Assembly (NCBI GenBank): GCA_002104945.1
Contig: MCFH01000026.1
Span: forward strand, 558,001 to 622,000
Length of the DNA stretch: 64,000 nt
Direction of reading: 5' to 3'
Origin: Piromyces finnis finn
Taxonomy: Eukaryota > Fungi > Neocallimastigomycota
The notes below the pieces were generated by a model. It did not search any database, had not been told where the DNA came from, and worked only from the letters and a program-made list of their open reading frames with translations. This document shows positions 1 to 16,215 of the stretch, in pieces; the stretch's first letter is position 1, and every line of letters starts with the position of its first letter. A program made the position numbers and the translations under genes.

Positions 1-779
1 ATAAAAAGTATTATATTTAGTAAAGACTATAAATATAATAATTAGTATTCTTGTTCGTATTCTTGTTAAATTTTTATTTTAATACCATTTTGTATTATAA
101 AAAGTAATAACCAATCTATTCTTAAATACATTTATACTTTTGAATATTGACTTTATTTAAGTAATGAATAGTGAAAAATCAAAATATATTGAAAATGTTA
201 GATTGAATATAGATATATAGCTTATTGCATTGTTTATTGACACATTGTTCAATAACCTAATATGAAAATGAAATATGTATTATGAATTATTATAGAAAGT
301 TGACTTTGACCTTTTTATCTACTCTTAATTGAATGATGCAAAAGTGAAAAAGAGAAAAGAAAAGAGAGAGAGAAAAAACTAAGTAGAAATAAAAAAAATA
401 CATAAAAATATAATAAAAGCATAAATCTATATTATTATTTATATAAAGGGGTAAATTACATTTTTTTTTGAAATTATTGCAAATTATTTTTTATTTTATT
501 TTTATTTTTTTTTTTTTCAATTCAATTTTTAATACATTATTAATATTTATTTATGTATCATGATTATTACATTGTCCATATCACATGTTACACTATTTTT
601 TTATGTTTAATTAATTAAAAATGAATTTTTCTTTTTCAAATTCAAGGATTAATTAATTAATGTATTGTCCATAAAAATTTGGGTTAAATATTTCTTTCCA
701 ATCTTTCTTTATTTTATTATAATTCTACATAATATCAAATACTCTACTGATATTACTTTATCTCTAACTTCATATTTTA

Positions 780-3700
780 TTCATTGAGGTGATTTTATTT
801 CTTTTTTTTCATAATCATTTTTTTGGTTTATCCATAATAATTTTAGAGGAATTATAGCGAAGAGCTATCAATATGTTAAGTTTACGACAAATACCACCAC
901 TAAAGTCGGATGGTATTTTATTTTTTATGTTCTGTCCAATAACAATATGAAATGAATTCTATAGCAGTTTTTTTAGCTTCTTTTCTTGAATAACTTATAA
1001 TATACAAGGTTATTTCAATATATTCCAAAAGAGTATACTCATCCTATAGAGTATCTTATTGAGGATAATAGCTCTGAGTGATTACATTACCATGTCATTC
1101 AGTAGTATTCTTACCATCATAATAAATTTTATCAAGGGTCTGGTGGAATGAAAAGGAAGAGTAATCAGTAAACTAGTTTTACCAGAACCATTGGGTCCTA
1201 AAATTCCAAAACATTCCCGTTAATCCACACCGATGAATACATTATCAAAGGCAGACATGACAATACGACAACTATCTTTATTGGACACATGAAATTCTAC
1301 GTATTTCGAGGGATGATCCCGTTTAAGAGCTTTTTGAATTTCTTCTGGCATTAATTTTATTTCACTATATTCTTTAGCTTTTTTTTAAACTTTATTATTA
1401 ATTTAATTAAAATTGTAAATTATAATACATGTTATACAAAAATAAAAATAAAAATTAAAAAAAAATAGGTTTAAATAAACACAAATGAATAAAAATTGGG
1501 TATAATGTATTCTAGTCATTTTAATTAAAGTAAGAAAGCCACTATTATACTAAAGTATAATAATTGTATTTGACTTCCAATGGGACACTGAATCAAAGAT
1601 CATAATTTTGTCATGGGACAAAATTATGATCTACATTGGTTGCGTTGGTCCTCCTGGCCTGTCTTACTATTTCTTCAGCATTGACGCTCTTGGATGTTGC
1701 TTCAAACCTTTTGAACACTGACTATTGCTGGCCAATAGCAAAAGGCATGATTTTGGTCAGAAGTTCTGCTGTTACCGTCAAGAATGGTGTTCTTTCGTAA
1801 GCGCCCGATTGAATCTGACACTTGCAAAGTTCTTTCCATTCCCTTGAATTGTAATTGATATTATTAAAACTTCTTCTCCCAAGAAGGAATTTAAATATTT
1901 TATTGCCCAAGCTAGAATAATCATACACATTAATATTCCCTGGATTATTAGAACTATTACTATCATTAACTAAATTACTATCCAAATTAGAATTATTATC
2001 TTCACTATTGATATTCTTTAGCTAGCTTAACCATTTTAATTTGAATGTCTTCATGGTTACAAATTTTTTTGTATTAATTATAGATATCTACGTCTCCTTC
2101 TTTCAATTCTTTCATATAATGATCTTCAATTTTTTCAGGGTTTCTAAAACATCTTTTTTAGGATTATAAGTTTTTATGATAGTCTTTTTTCAACATATAA
2201 CCATAAAAACAGATACAAATAATTTTACCTACTAGGCGTGGAATGATTTTAGTTTTGGGATGAAGTAATTTCAAGATACTAATGTTGTATTGGAGTGCAT
2301 CATGTGAAATACCGGCGTGAATCATAATTTTAATAGTGCGGATTATACCATAATTTGGTATGGTAATGGGAAGGAAGAAGTAAAGTATGCTTAAATAACC
2401 CTCAATTAACATCAAGATCAGTAACCAAATAAATACTGTAAGCTTCTATAAAATACAATAAGTAGGAATAATATTTAAAATAAAGAAAATAAAAAAATTA
2501 CGGCTTTCGGACTTTAAATAGAAACAAAAATTATATTGTAAAAGAAGTCAACTTAAAGTACCGATAACAATTAACAAAGCTATTATAATAGTTGTATTAA
2601 TATAAAGAAGAGGGATAAAATTAAATACTACAAAGGAAAAACCTATTAAAATATAAGTGATCATAAACATTATATAATCGGAAATGAGAAAGAAAAACCA
2701 ATATCTTTTGTTGGATACCCCGTTCAATTGTTCAATTGTAATTATTTCAAAAGATTTTTAAATCTTTCACGAACAACGTTTGTACCATAAAAAAGATAAA
2801 GGAAATGATATACAAAGAATCAAAGTTAGCGTAATATACAGCTTAGGATCATAAAGTACCATTATTTTGAAATAGGTAAGAGGTTTAGAATGAGTAGAAA
2901 TTATTTCATTGATTTGATTAGTGGCTAAAATAGCATTAATCAAAGCATTAAGGGTAGGGAAGGAAATGAGACAAATGTCTATTGTTATAGATATTTATAT
3001 AATATATATACCTTATTTAGTGAAATTAATAACAAAACCAGAAACAAGATAAGGTATGTTGTATACTTCTCCATTAGTTTTAATTATTTCTTTATTTCTT
3101 CATGATTCATATAAAAATATTACCATTAGCTACTTCTTGTGCAATGACATCATTACTAATACTACCGTCACTATTTTTTATTTCATAATTCCATTGTTGA
3201 TGATGGAAATTTTCAGAAGACATTGCCCGACTTTTATATTTTGAAAAAAACGACACTATTAAGTCTGCTTTTGATTACTGGAAGGAAAAAAGCTATGAGA
3301 TATAAGGGAATGATAATATTTATAATGAAATGGTTCTTTTTGTCTAAGGTAAAACAAAAGACGATAAAAACAAATACGTAAAGCAGTATTCAACATACCA
3401 GGACGTTTTACCTTTTTTGATTTAAGGAAGATTTCTTACATTTTTAATATTTTCTAGGTTTCTTTTTACTTCTGTTTCGCGTTCCAAATGAACAAATAAT
3501 TCTTCAAGCATTGGTTCATTCAACGAGAAATTACTTGAAATGCTACCTCTAGCAATTTTTATATCCTTTAACATATGGGAAAATAAGCTAGAGGAGGTAA
3601 TTGGGAATTTCCAAGTGTAACTACTTTTATAAATGTTAATAGAAGTACCGGAAGGAATGTTATTATGATATTGCGATGTAGTTACAGAAAAATCAACCCC

Positions 3701-4960
3701 CCATATTTAGAATTGTCAATATCTAAACGAGTTTCCAGATTAGTATTGAAATGAATTCTAATAAAGATAATGTTGAGAATGAAGTAGAAGATGATACGTC
3801 ATTGGTTTTGATAATATAGGATTACCACCAAGACAACGAATAAACTCATGGATATGGATTAGCTTATGATCAACAATAATGTTTGCCTCATTCATGCAGT
3901 GGGTAGTTATAAAAATAATTCGATCTTTTTTCGCCTTTAATAACAAGTTGATATGTCTTTTTCATGGTCAATTTCCACCTTAAGAAAGGATACGATTGAA
4001 CAATAAATAACCATTGTATTGTAGATTATAAACCATCTCCGGGATGGTTACCATTATGGATATAAAGAAGCAAATCATAATAACTACAGTCTTTTTCTTT
4101 TTAACAAATTTAGTTATCACAACCGTAATACTGTACATGGCTAGGGTGTAGCATATAAATAATAGAGGTAGTAAAGAAAAGTATTTATAGTACCTAAAAT
4201 TTCAAAGGGATTAATTATTAAAATCACTGTTATGATAAATAATGATAGTGGGAAATAAATTAAAGTCCAAGTAAAGGAAAGAGGGTTAGCACCTTCTACT
4301 ACTAGTCCTTCTTTTATTTTATTTTCCATTTCTTCCACGAGATGAATACTCAAATGAAAGATCTGTCCAATTATAATGAACATAAGATAAGGATCTAAAC
4401 GATCAATTTTTTTTTATAATTAGATGATTTCTGGAATGATTAACTTAATGAACCAATAGCAATATTAATTCTTTTAATCGTATGATTAATTTTTCATTGA
4501 ATAATTACATTATCAGTGGCGTATTGAATTTGGATAAATTCTTTTTTGTATTTATTGTTTTGTTTGAAATCATATTGGGAATCAACATTAGAATCCATGA
4601 CATCTTTACCATATAAACTAATAGTATAATCAGTATAGTCATTTTCGAAAATAATAGAATAGAGATAAGCTCTTAAGGTGTCAACATGACCTATAAGTTG
4701 CTGTTCTGTTTCAAATATTTTTACTCTATTGGATATTCCTGTTGAAAGTTAGAATCCTTCATAACTTTTGTAATAAAGAAATCATCATTTATATTGTTAA
4801 CAGCTTGATGATTTAGTAAAATAAAAGCAACATAGGCAAAACGGATTTCTTTATTAAATTCAACTCTAAAATTATCCTTAATACTATCGATTTCACTACC
4901 GTCTAAAAAATCATAATAGAATGGAGTTTTTTTTTGCTGATTTCCGCCTAATATTTTTTA
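780..4960 (-). pseudogene. Degraded full-size ABCA-subfamily transporter (two NBD remnants)
   Basis: Minus strand 1169-1216 reads ECFGILGPNGSGKTSL (Walker A). Near 860-901 it reads SGGICRKLNILIAL (ABCA LSGGxKRKL signature). Near 3860-3920 it reads FITTHCMNEANII (TTHxMxEA H-loop of NBD1). Many stops and frameshifts; boundaries approximate. Confidence 0.8.
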
Positions 4961-5529
4961 AATGTTTAAAAAAGATAATTTAATTATATATATTATATAT
5001 AATTAAATTTTAAAAAATTTATTATTTTGATGAATTTATAAAAAAAAATAAAACAACATTAATAAAACATATAAAAATAAATATAAATATAAAAATATAT
5101 ATAAAAATAAGATACAAACATATATTAATAATATTATATTAATCTAAATATTATCCATTATAATTACCTATTATTACTATTATTATTTTAATTATAAAAT
5201 TTTTATTTAAAATTATTAAAAAAAAAAATAAAGAAAAAATAATACTTACATAACGTTCCTATAGTTCAGAACAAATTGAAAAAATGAAGTTTTTTTTTTC
5301 TAAATATTTTCCAGTTTTTCCATAGTAAAAATTTTTAAATTGTTAAATAAATAATATACTAATAATTAAAAACCATTCAATATTATTAATTGGATATTTT
5401 ATTTATATAACTTCAGTATTATATTGAATACTTTTATAATTAACGTTATTCAATTTATTATCTTTCAGAAATAAATAAGGATTAATATCTTTAAAAATTA
5501 TAGATTATTTTTTATACCTAAATATATTA

Positions 5530-6149
5530 TAGATGGTATTAGGTAGAATTGAATCTAATATTTAAAAATTAAATAATAATATAATGGTAGAGTTATTGAT
5601 CCTAAATAAATTAAAATATTTTATATATTTGATGATTTTAATATTTATATTTTAAACTAATTATGCAGAAAGGAGGGACAGGAAAATGTCAAGTGATAAA
5701 ATATAACTATAAACGGATATTATATTTATTTTATATATAAAGTTTATTATTATGATTGATATATAACTTCAAAGACATTATTTTCTTTCCTATACACAAT
5801 TCGTGGCTTGATTTTAGACTTGAATATTTAATACGAATACATAACTCTATAGGTTTTTAAAACAATGTAGTAAATTAATAATAAAAAATTAATTTAATTC
5901 TTTTGATTATTAATACATCAATTAAATTAATAAAATTTTTATTTGATCTAATTTGTTGAAGATTCTACTTTAATTAATTGATAAACTGTTTTAATTTTTA
6001 ATTTATTAAACTTTTGTAAATTTTATAAATTAAATTGATCTAGTTAAAACATTACAAAAATAGGCTAAGTAAAAAAAATATTTGTCCCCGTTTTTAATTA
6101 GCCTAAAATAAAAACAGAAAAGATTAAAAATTAAATTTAATATTTTAAC

Positions 6150-6197
<48 letters not shown>

Positions 6198-7220
6198 TAT
6201 GTCTATTAAATTTTATTATTCAACTTTTATTAACTTTAAACGAACGACTATTTTCAACAACTATTCAACATTCGTATGTCTATTTATTTATAGTTTTCAT
6301 TTTTATATATTTTTTCATCATTGAAAAAGTCGATAGCTGTTTAGTATTCTAATCAATGCTCCAAAAAATCCTACCAATTAATCTTTACTTATTAATATAA
6401 AAGATACGTTATAATATTTTCTGTATAAAAAATTACTCTATTTTATAAGAAATTCTTAGTATAAAATAGAATAGTGCTTTACTAAGCGCAATATTCACAG
6501 TATACTTTATTTGTTTTATATAGATTTATATAAATATAATATTATTAATAAATAAATACTACTTTGAGTTTTACTTGAACCAATTTGTATCACATGACAA
6601 TTTGCTTTGATTATTTTGTATTAAAAGTTATCAATTAAATCTATTTTATAATTTCAAATAAGCTGTTTTTTAGAACATTATAAATTACTTTTCCTTTAAA
6701 TTTCTTCTTTATATTGACTAATCATTAACTATTTTCTATAGTATAGGATGCCATCGTAAATATTTATTATTGAAATTTAAATAATTTAAAAAAATAGAAT
6801 AGTTTAAAATCCCTAAAATATATATATATATTATTAAATAATTTAAAAAAATAGAATAGTTTAAAATCCCTAAAATATATATATATATCTATATATATTA
6901 TAGGTGGTGGTATTAGGTAGAATTGAATCTAATGTTTAAAAAACTAAAGAGTTATTGATGTATATTACATATTTTATATATTTGATGATTTTAAACTTTA
7001 GCCAATTATGCAGAAAGCGGGACAGAAAAATGCCAAGTGATAATGTATAAATTGTATAATATATCATAAAATTATTTTCTTAATTCATCAATTAATAAAA
7101 TTAATTAATAAAATTTTAATTTAGAACTTGAATGTTTTATCTTAATTAAATTGTTTTAATTTTTAATTTATTAAACTTTTGCTAAATTTTTTAAATTTTA
7201 TAAATTAAATTTTAATTATG
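5530..7220. repeat. Diverged direct duplication (about 5530-6050 vs 6900-7220)
   Basis: Shared blocks ggtattaggtagaattgaatctaat, ttatgcagaaag..gggacag.aaaatg.caagtgataa and tttaatttttaatttattaaacttttg occur in the same order in both copies. Confidence 0.65.
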
Positions 7221-7594
7221 ACATTTAATTTAATTTACTTTTTAATGGGAGGAGAAAAAATATATTTTTTTTTTTAACTAGTACTCATTTGGTTTTATCT
7301 ACACCGGCCGGCCATTCGTGGTAAAAAATTTTTATTTACTGGTATTGGAAAGGTCTGGAATAATTTATATATTACAATGTAAAGTTTATTAATTATCTAT
7401 TAGGTAAAGGATTTTATTTATAATTTTTTTTACAAACAGTTCGTCATAATATAATAGTAAATTAGAGGTATTTGTAATGATGCCAGATTTATCTTATTAT
7501 TAAAGAAATTATACTTTTATTTATTTATTTATTTTGGATGCAATGAATATTATTACTAACATTAATTTGTTTTAAACAAATTCATATACAATTT

Positions 7595-7632
<38 letters not shown>

Positions 7633-7773
7633 TCATATTTTTAATTATATAAAATTTGTAAGTAAAAATTGAATAAAACATTATAAATAAAAAGTTCTAT
7701 TTTTTTTTTCTTTATAAAAAATTACTATTAATATATATTATAAAAATTTGAACTAATATATCATCAATTATAA

Positions 7774-8560
7774 ATGAGAATTAGTATCTTTAACGAAGGC
7801 TACGAACCAGATGTTAATGGCTTACTTGTATCTGTTAAATCGCTAGAAAAGGGATTAAGAGAACTAGGACATGAAGTTTTTATTTTCGTTCCCAGAAACG
7901 TAATATTCTAAAATTTTTTTGAACATCCATCCTTTGATTACACTCCTACTACAGATAATCATATAGCATTCATTCCGGGTAAACGAATTCTATTTAACGG
8001 AGATCGAGAATATATTATCTCTGTTTCAAGATAATATATCATTTGTTGAAAAGTACAATTTAGATGTTATTCAATCTGAATTTTTTGTGGTAGCTTTAAA
8101 AAATTGAAAAGTCGTGGTCGTGTTATCTTCCGGAATTAAATTGGAAAAGTTTAATATTGCTAAACAAGAATTTCAAAAAATTATTCCTGAGGATTCCTTA
8201 ATTTTTATTTATGTTGGAAGATTGGCAACAGAAAAGCGTGTTAATGAACTAATGGATGCCATATGTCAAATATTAAAGAAATATCATAATGTTCATTTTC
8301 TTGTTGGTCCCAATGAAGAAGCAATGAAAGAAATTGTCTCTAATTATAGTATCTAATGATGAATACTTAAAAAATACTTTTGAAAAATAATTTCAATGGT
8401 TTTGGGGTAGATTCTGATGAAAAGTTTATCGAAAAAGTTGAAATATTATTAAAAAACAATACTATTCCGAGCTACAGAAAAACCCGGTCAAAATATGCTA
8501 TTGACACATCTATAATAAGGCTATCGAACATCATAATATAAAAAACCAAGTCCAAAATAG
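7774..8560 (+). pseudogene. GT4-family glycosyltransferase (bacterial glycolipid-synthase-like), disrupted
   Basis: ATG 7774 gives MRISIFNEGYEPDVNGLLVSVKSLEKGLRELGHEVFIFVP, a typical bacterial GT4 N-terminus. Later segment IFIYVGRLATEKRVNELMDAI (ORF 8114-8356). Stops, frameshifts and an apparent internal deletion; no introns seen. Confidence 0.75.
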
Positions 8561-9157
8561 CAAGTCCAATGATAAACTTAATGATAGTGGTAATATCATA
8601 ATTAAAAATATTCTAAAATTTAATTCAAAGATATTATCCTTTATAAGGGATAAAATTAGAAATATTGGTTTAACAGTTCCAATTTTATTAGAAGAGCTTT
8701 TGATGACCGATTTTCAAAATAAGTTTAAATTTAATAATTACATAGAAATTAACATCCTTACTATGATACCTAGTTTTTTTTAATTAGTGAAATCTCGTTT
8801 GTTTCTTTATTATTATAAAAATAATTGTTTAAAAATACATGCTAATAAATAACATATAAAAAATATAAAGATAATAAAAAAGTTTAATATATTCATATAT
8901 AAATAATGAAGATATTTGATAATAAAAAAGATAATGAGTGGTAAATGTATATAATTAGCCATTTTATAATACACTTTATTTTTATTTTATATTTAATTTT
9001 TTAAGTTTAATTTTATAATTAATTCATTATTTTTAATTTATTTTTTTTTTATTTTTATTAACACATAATTGATTATATTATAAAACCTTATCTCATTTAC
9101 TCTTTTTTTTTTTTTTATAAATATTCTATTTAATCTAAAATTCTTTTTTTATATGTT

Positions 9158-10633
9158 TTACATAGATTGCTCGGCTAACCAAGCCCACATGTTACCTTTC
9201 TTGGTACAATTGGCATGTGTAATGTAATTCTTTGTAGAGGTAATAAGACCAGTTTCCTTATCAAAGGTTACATTTTCAAAGTCGGCTAGAGCTTTAGCGT
9301 TATCAAATTCAGTCTTGACATTGTCATTGAAAGCATAAACCCAAGAGTAGTGACCCATATAATGAGCATTAGGATAATCTTCACCTCTAACCTCGTCAGT
9401 TAAGGTTAAGTGAACATTCTTAGCACCAGCCTTTAATAATCTGTAGTAAGCGGGAATAGTTGATGATAATGGATCAATGGTAGTATCATCTTCAGACTGT
9501 AAGAACCAGATGTTGGCGTTTTTAGCTCCTTCAATCATTTCATCCGAAACGTTTTTGTTCATGTAGGCTTCACAAATTGGTTAGTAAGAGGCAAAAAAAT
9601 TACCATGTTCAAACATTAAGTCCATGGTCATGTAGCCACCATTAGAACAACCACCAACATAAATTCTCTTGGTATCAATATCCTTGTTGTTAGTAACATA
9701 ATCCTTAATAGCAGCAAATAAAGCATCTTCGTATATAGAGGTTTGTTTCTTTCCTGGTTCAATATCCGTGTTGTAGGTACCGTCACTCTTGTCCATCCAT
9801 ATAGTTGGAGTTTGAACAACAAGAATGTAGGCTGCCTTTTGTTTTTTGGTGGTGAAATACTTTTGAATATCTTTCCTAGCAAGGGCAGTAACTTCATTAC
9901 CTAATAAAGCGATATCAACATCAACACCACCCTCACCAGCACCATGTAACCATATAATTAATGGGTTTTTGACACCATCACGTTTTGCACTTTTTGGAGT
10001 GAAGGAAGCACGCTGTAAAGTAATATCACCTAAAGTGAACTTGTCCTTTTCCCAATTTGCAGATTCTGGAATAACATAGTTTTCCATTAAGTTTTTAGTG
10101 AAAGTTTTGAATGCAATATCCTTACCGTAAACAGTCTTACCTACCTTGAATGACTTATTTTCAACTAATTCTAAATTTAAGTCTAACATTTCAGGCCAGA
10201 CACTTCTACTCGTAGCATAATCGAAAGTGAATGGACTGGCATCACCGATAGAAGAATTTATGAGGTCAATGAAAACGGTACAAACCTTCAAATCGAAGGT
10301 AACAAAGTTAGTTGATTGTTTCTTTTGTTTACCATCTTTGTTAGAGTTATAGACATCAAGAATGACACGAGTAATATTACCAGTCTTAAGAATGAAAGTA
10401 TCCTTATCAACTCCAGTAACCTTATCTTCGAATTCAACAACAATCTTTGGAATAGCTGGACCCCATTCATAACCTTGAATAAACATTTGAGCATCAACAA
10501 CATACTTTGCCGAGTTAATTGGTTTTGGCTTGTGAATTTTTTCTGGTTTCTTTACAATGCATTTACCCCGGGCAGAAAGGGCATAGACTACAAAAACATA
10601 TAATAAAATTGGAAGAAAAAATTTATTATTCAT
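9158..10633 (-). CDS. Secreted alpha/beta-hydrolase (bacterial-type esterase/peptidase with N-terminal Ig-like region), one in-frame TAA at 9581-9583
   Basis: Likely start MNNKFFLPILLYVFVVYALS (signal peptide, ATG 10633). Motifs PLIIWLHGAGEGG and GCSNGG (GxSxG nucleophile), then FASY*PICEAY and a late GHYSW His. ORFs 9581-10696 and 9158-9562 are in the same frame, separated only by the stop. Intronless. Confidence 0.8.
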
Positions 10634-11817
10634 TATTTTTTTTATTTCTTTTTTTCTTTTTTTAGTTTTTTTTTTATTGTTATTTTTGATAACCAATATT
10701 TTCTAATTATTTTTTATTTTAATATTTAAAAAATAGTTTTTGGTCTTTATAAATACCTTTTTTTTTTTTTTAGAAAAAAATCAATTTAAATAGTATATTG
10801 TATTATAATATATTGTGTAATCTACACAGACATAAATGCATATAAAATAGATAATAGATCTCATGGATACATCCATAAATGTATATGCATATGTATTATA
10901 ATATTTAAAGTATTACTCATAATTAATTAAAAAAAATTTAATGTTAATAGTGTTAAAAAGACCTTTTTTTTTACAATTATTAATATATAAGAGAATGTTT
11001 TATAATATTTATTTATTTTTAGGATATTCTACGTTATTTTTATCAATATTATATAACTAAATTTCTAAATAATATAATAATACCTTTTTTTCGGTTTTTA
11101 CTTCTGATTATATTCATGGATGATCATTTGCCAATAAATACAGTTTATGAATCATCCTACATTAATCAGTGATGGGAAACATTAATAATTGGATGAATAT
11201 AGCGTAAAGTTTAATAAATAATAATTTTTAATAAAAAATTATACAAAAAAAAAAGAAATATAGAAGTTTCTATATTATGGATATTCATTTAATTTATACA
11301 TTTTAATGGAAAAAAATTTCTATATATTTACTTATGGGTTTTTACTTTTTTATTTGTATATAAAATGTCATGGAATTGTTGTTAATATATTATTATTATT
11401 TTAAATAAGTTTATTAAATAGAATATATATTAGAATATAAAACAATAAATAATATGGAAAAAAGTAGTAGTAATAATAATATATACTTTTTTTAATTTTC
11501 ATATTAAATATATAATTATAATTAGCCAATTATAAATTTATTAGAATGATTTAAATTAATATATTAATATATGAATATATAAATGTTTTAAAAAAAATAT
11601 TTATTAATAAGTAAATGAATAAATAACTATTTAAATAAATTTATTAAATGTATATGATATTAATTATTTAAATAAATTATATTAAATGTATATGATATTA
11701 AAGGTGAATTCAAAGCATTTTAATAAAAATAAAAATGGAAGAGAATTCACTGGATTAAAAAGAAAAAATGTTAAAAATATCAAAGATTTAACTGTAGAAA
11801 CTTCAAACTAAAACGTT

Positions 11818-13460
<1,643 letters not shown>

Positions 13461-13726
13461 AATAATATTTTAAAAAGTAATTATTAACTTTGTAATTAAT
13501 TGTTATCCATAATGTAAATGGTGTATGTTAATTAATTGTTATCCATAATGTAAATGGTGTATGTAACAAATTAATGTATATATATTAATAAGCCACATTT
13601 AATTTTTATGTATTGTAATACTGTATCACAAATATTCACATTTATTCAAATTAGAAAAGTTGGTATTTATTAATAAATAAATTTAATATATTTTAGATTA
13701 ATTAATTTGTACCAAATAATAAAGTA

Positions 13727-14145
13727 TGATATAAAAATAATATGTGACTTGAACATATTATTATATTAGTAATTTTTCCTAATATTAAATTTATATAGAT
13801 TTATTATAATATTAATTATTTCTACAATGTATAAGAATATAATGTAAATGTACGACAAATGTAATATCATGTAATGTAAAAGAATATTGTAAATGAATGA
13901 TCCATATAGTTCCAGCCTTATAATTGGACAATTAATTATTAAGTAAGCCTCATTAGTATAAATAGACTAGAATAAATATTATTAAAAAGGGCTTCTTGTT
14001 TTAGTTAGAATTTTAATATTTGACAACGACAGAACGTTTTAGTATTTAGACAGAATAGAAATATTGGAACGTTATAAATAAAATTATTAATAAAATATAT
14101 ATTAATTAAAGTTTAATTCTTTCTACATAAAATTAACCCGTATCA
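13727..14145 (+). repeat. 5' LTR of element A
   Basis: Direct repeat of 21127-21545; followed by the PBS. Confidence 0.95.
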
Positions 14146-14148
14146 ACT

Positions 14149-14171
14149 TGGTGGAGATATCGGGGATAGAA
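14149..14171 (+). promoter_or_regulatory. Primer binding site, tRNA-Ala type
   Basis: TGGTGGAGATATCGGGGATAGAA, 3 nt after the LTR. It resembles the complement of eukaryotic tRNA-Ala 3' ends (TGGTGGAGATG.CGGGGATCGAA). Confidence 0.75.
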
Positions 14172-14658
14172 AGAATAGTGTTTTTTTTTTTCGATTTTTA
14201 AAACAAGTTTTATTGTTATTTTCCTCCTTTACTACTTAGAAGTAGAAAAGGATATAAAAAGTTATTATTCTTTTAATAATATAATATAATTAAGTAGTTT
14301 ATACTAGACAGCTACAACGCTTGCGTATAAATTATTAAAGTTTAGTATATTTACTCCAGTTATTTATTGAGGTTATTTAAGAGTTGGTAACTACCATATC
14401 AGTTCTTAAATATTCATTAGGAGAGTAGAGCGCTTCCGGCAGCTATTAAAGAAATATCACCATTCTAACCCACTGTTAGAATAAAGTATTTATTAGTGAG
14501 GGCCCGAAGTGGAGGTCGAAAACTAAACTTGATAAATAAAATATATTAAATAATTAGTTTGTTATATTATTTTCAGTTAAATAAGTAAAAAAAAAAAAAA
14601 AAAAAATTTTTGTTTACTCATTAATACCTAACCCTTTAAATTTCAGTAAATTTTTGCT

Positions 14659-16215
14659 ATGGCTAATAGATCTTCGTATTATAGACTTCCTATCTTGGAC
14701 AAAACCCATTGCAACGAAGATGTGTGGAAACGTCAGATGGAAGCATGGTTTTCTAGAGAAGGCATTGTTGATGAGAATGAAAAGTTCGATACCATTGTCG
14801 GTTGTATCGATTTCCCAGAAATTGTTGATGAACTAATTAGGTTTGAACGCATGTGGAACAGGCCACCCTCTTTGGATGAATGTATGCCATCAATTAGGAA
14901 TAGGTTAGCCTATTGGAACAACAAACAGGATGGTTTTCGCCGATTAAAGATTATGGTTATTCGTCCTGGAGAAACAGTGGATGAATTCAATAATAGGTTT
15001 TTGGACCTTTACCATTCTTTGGATGAGGAATATCGCCCCAGAGTTTCTGTGTACGACTATATGCATGCTATCCGTAGTCGTCCAGAATTACAACATGCCC
15101 TCACCATTCGCGAGCCCGCAACTATTGATGAGGCTTGCCAAACTGCAAAGAACCACGAATACTGGAAAGAATACGCCTCTTATTCCAGTAGCTTTACTCC
15201 TGGTGTAAAGATATCAAACGCCTCTGTTTGATATCTTTAATGTAACTTAAGCCACAAGTATTATTGTTTAAGTTACACAAATTATATTCAGAAAAAGAAA
15301 ATGAGACATAATTTATTTATTAATAATTAAAGTTTAAAACAAAATAAATTATTAGTTTATTTTTAATGTTTAACAAGTAAATTAATATTCTCAATTTAAA
15401 TCCCTAGTTTTAGTATTGTTTTTTCATAGAAATAAATAAATAATAAATGATTAATATATCAATAATACATGGGCACATATTCAAATTGAATAGTACTTAA
15501 TTTGAATTGCCAATTGTATTTTACTAAAAATAGTTATAGTTTAAATATTTATTAATAATTAAGATTTTAGTGTAGATTTTAAATAATAATATATAAGAAA
15601 TAAATAGTTATAATATAATATAAATGTATTTAGGAAAAATATAAATAGAAGATATTTTTCATCATTTTATCGATGTAATTGTTATTATTAAAATTCTATT
15701 ATAATAAAAGATATTTTTAATAAAACAATTTTTTATTTTTATTTTAAATTTAGTGTTATTGTAATAGAATAGATATCCTAATCTATTCTTTCTGTGTCGC
15801 CATTACACCTGGCTATAATCCTCATGGTGCTTATACACCACAGTATCGTCCGATGGATAGTCATTATTCCAATCCTAACCCTTATTCTTATGGATATTCC
15901 AATAATTCCAGTTACAATTATCCTTCAACACCGGTTGCTCCTGTCCAAGCTCCTGGACCTAGTTACTCAGATCCTTATTTCAACAACAGGCCTCCTGCAC
16001 CAATGGGTGATGGTTATGCCACTTATCATCAATCTGAATATTACACTCCTTATCCTGCTTATAATCCTCCAAATCAGTATCAAAACAGGTATAATTCATC
16101 TTACACTCAGCCTAGGAATACTCCTTATGTGTCTGGTAACTTTTCCCAAAAAGTGTGTTATCGCTGCCATCAACCAGGACACCTCCAAAAAGACTGTGGT
16201 CGTTTAAATCACTAA
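14659..16215 (+). CDS. gag: Gag of element A, interrupted by solo LTR D
   Basis: Removing 15204-15812 rejoins ...SSFTPG-YNPHGAYTPQYRPMDSH... in frame. Capsid-like RPGETVDEFNNRF and zinc knuckle CYRCHQPGHLQKDC. Confidence 0.85.
15204..15807 (+). mobile_element. Solo LTR, family D (copy 1)
   Basis: TGTAAAG...CATTACA, 604 bp, 5-bp TSD CCTGG (15199-15203 / 15808-15812). Homologous to 53477-54088 and 58026-58632. Confidence 0.93.
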
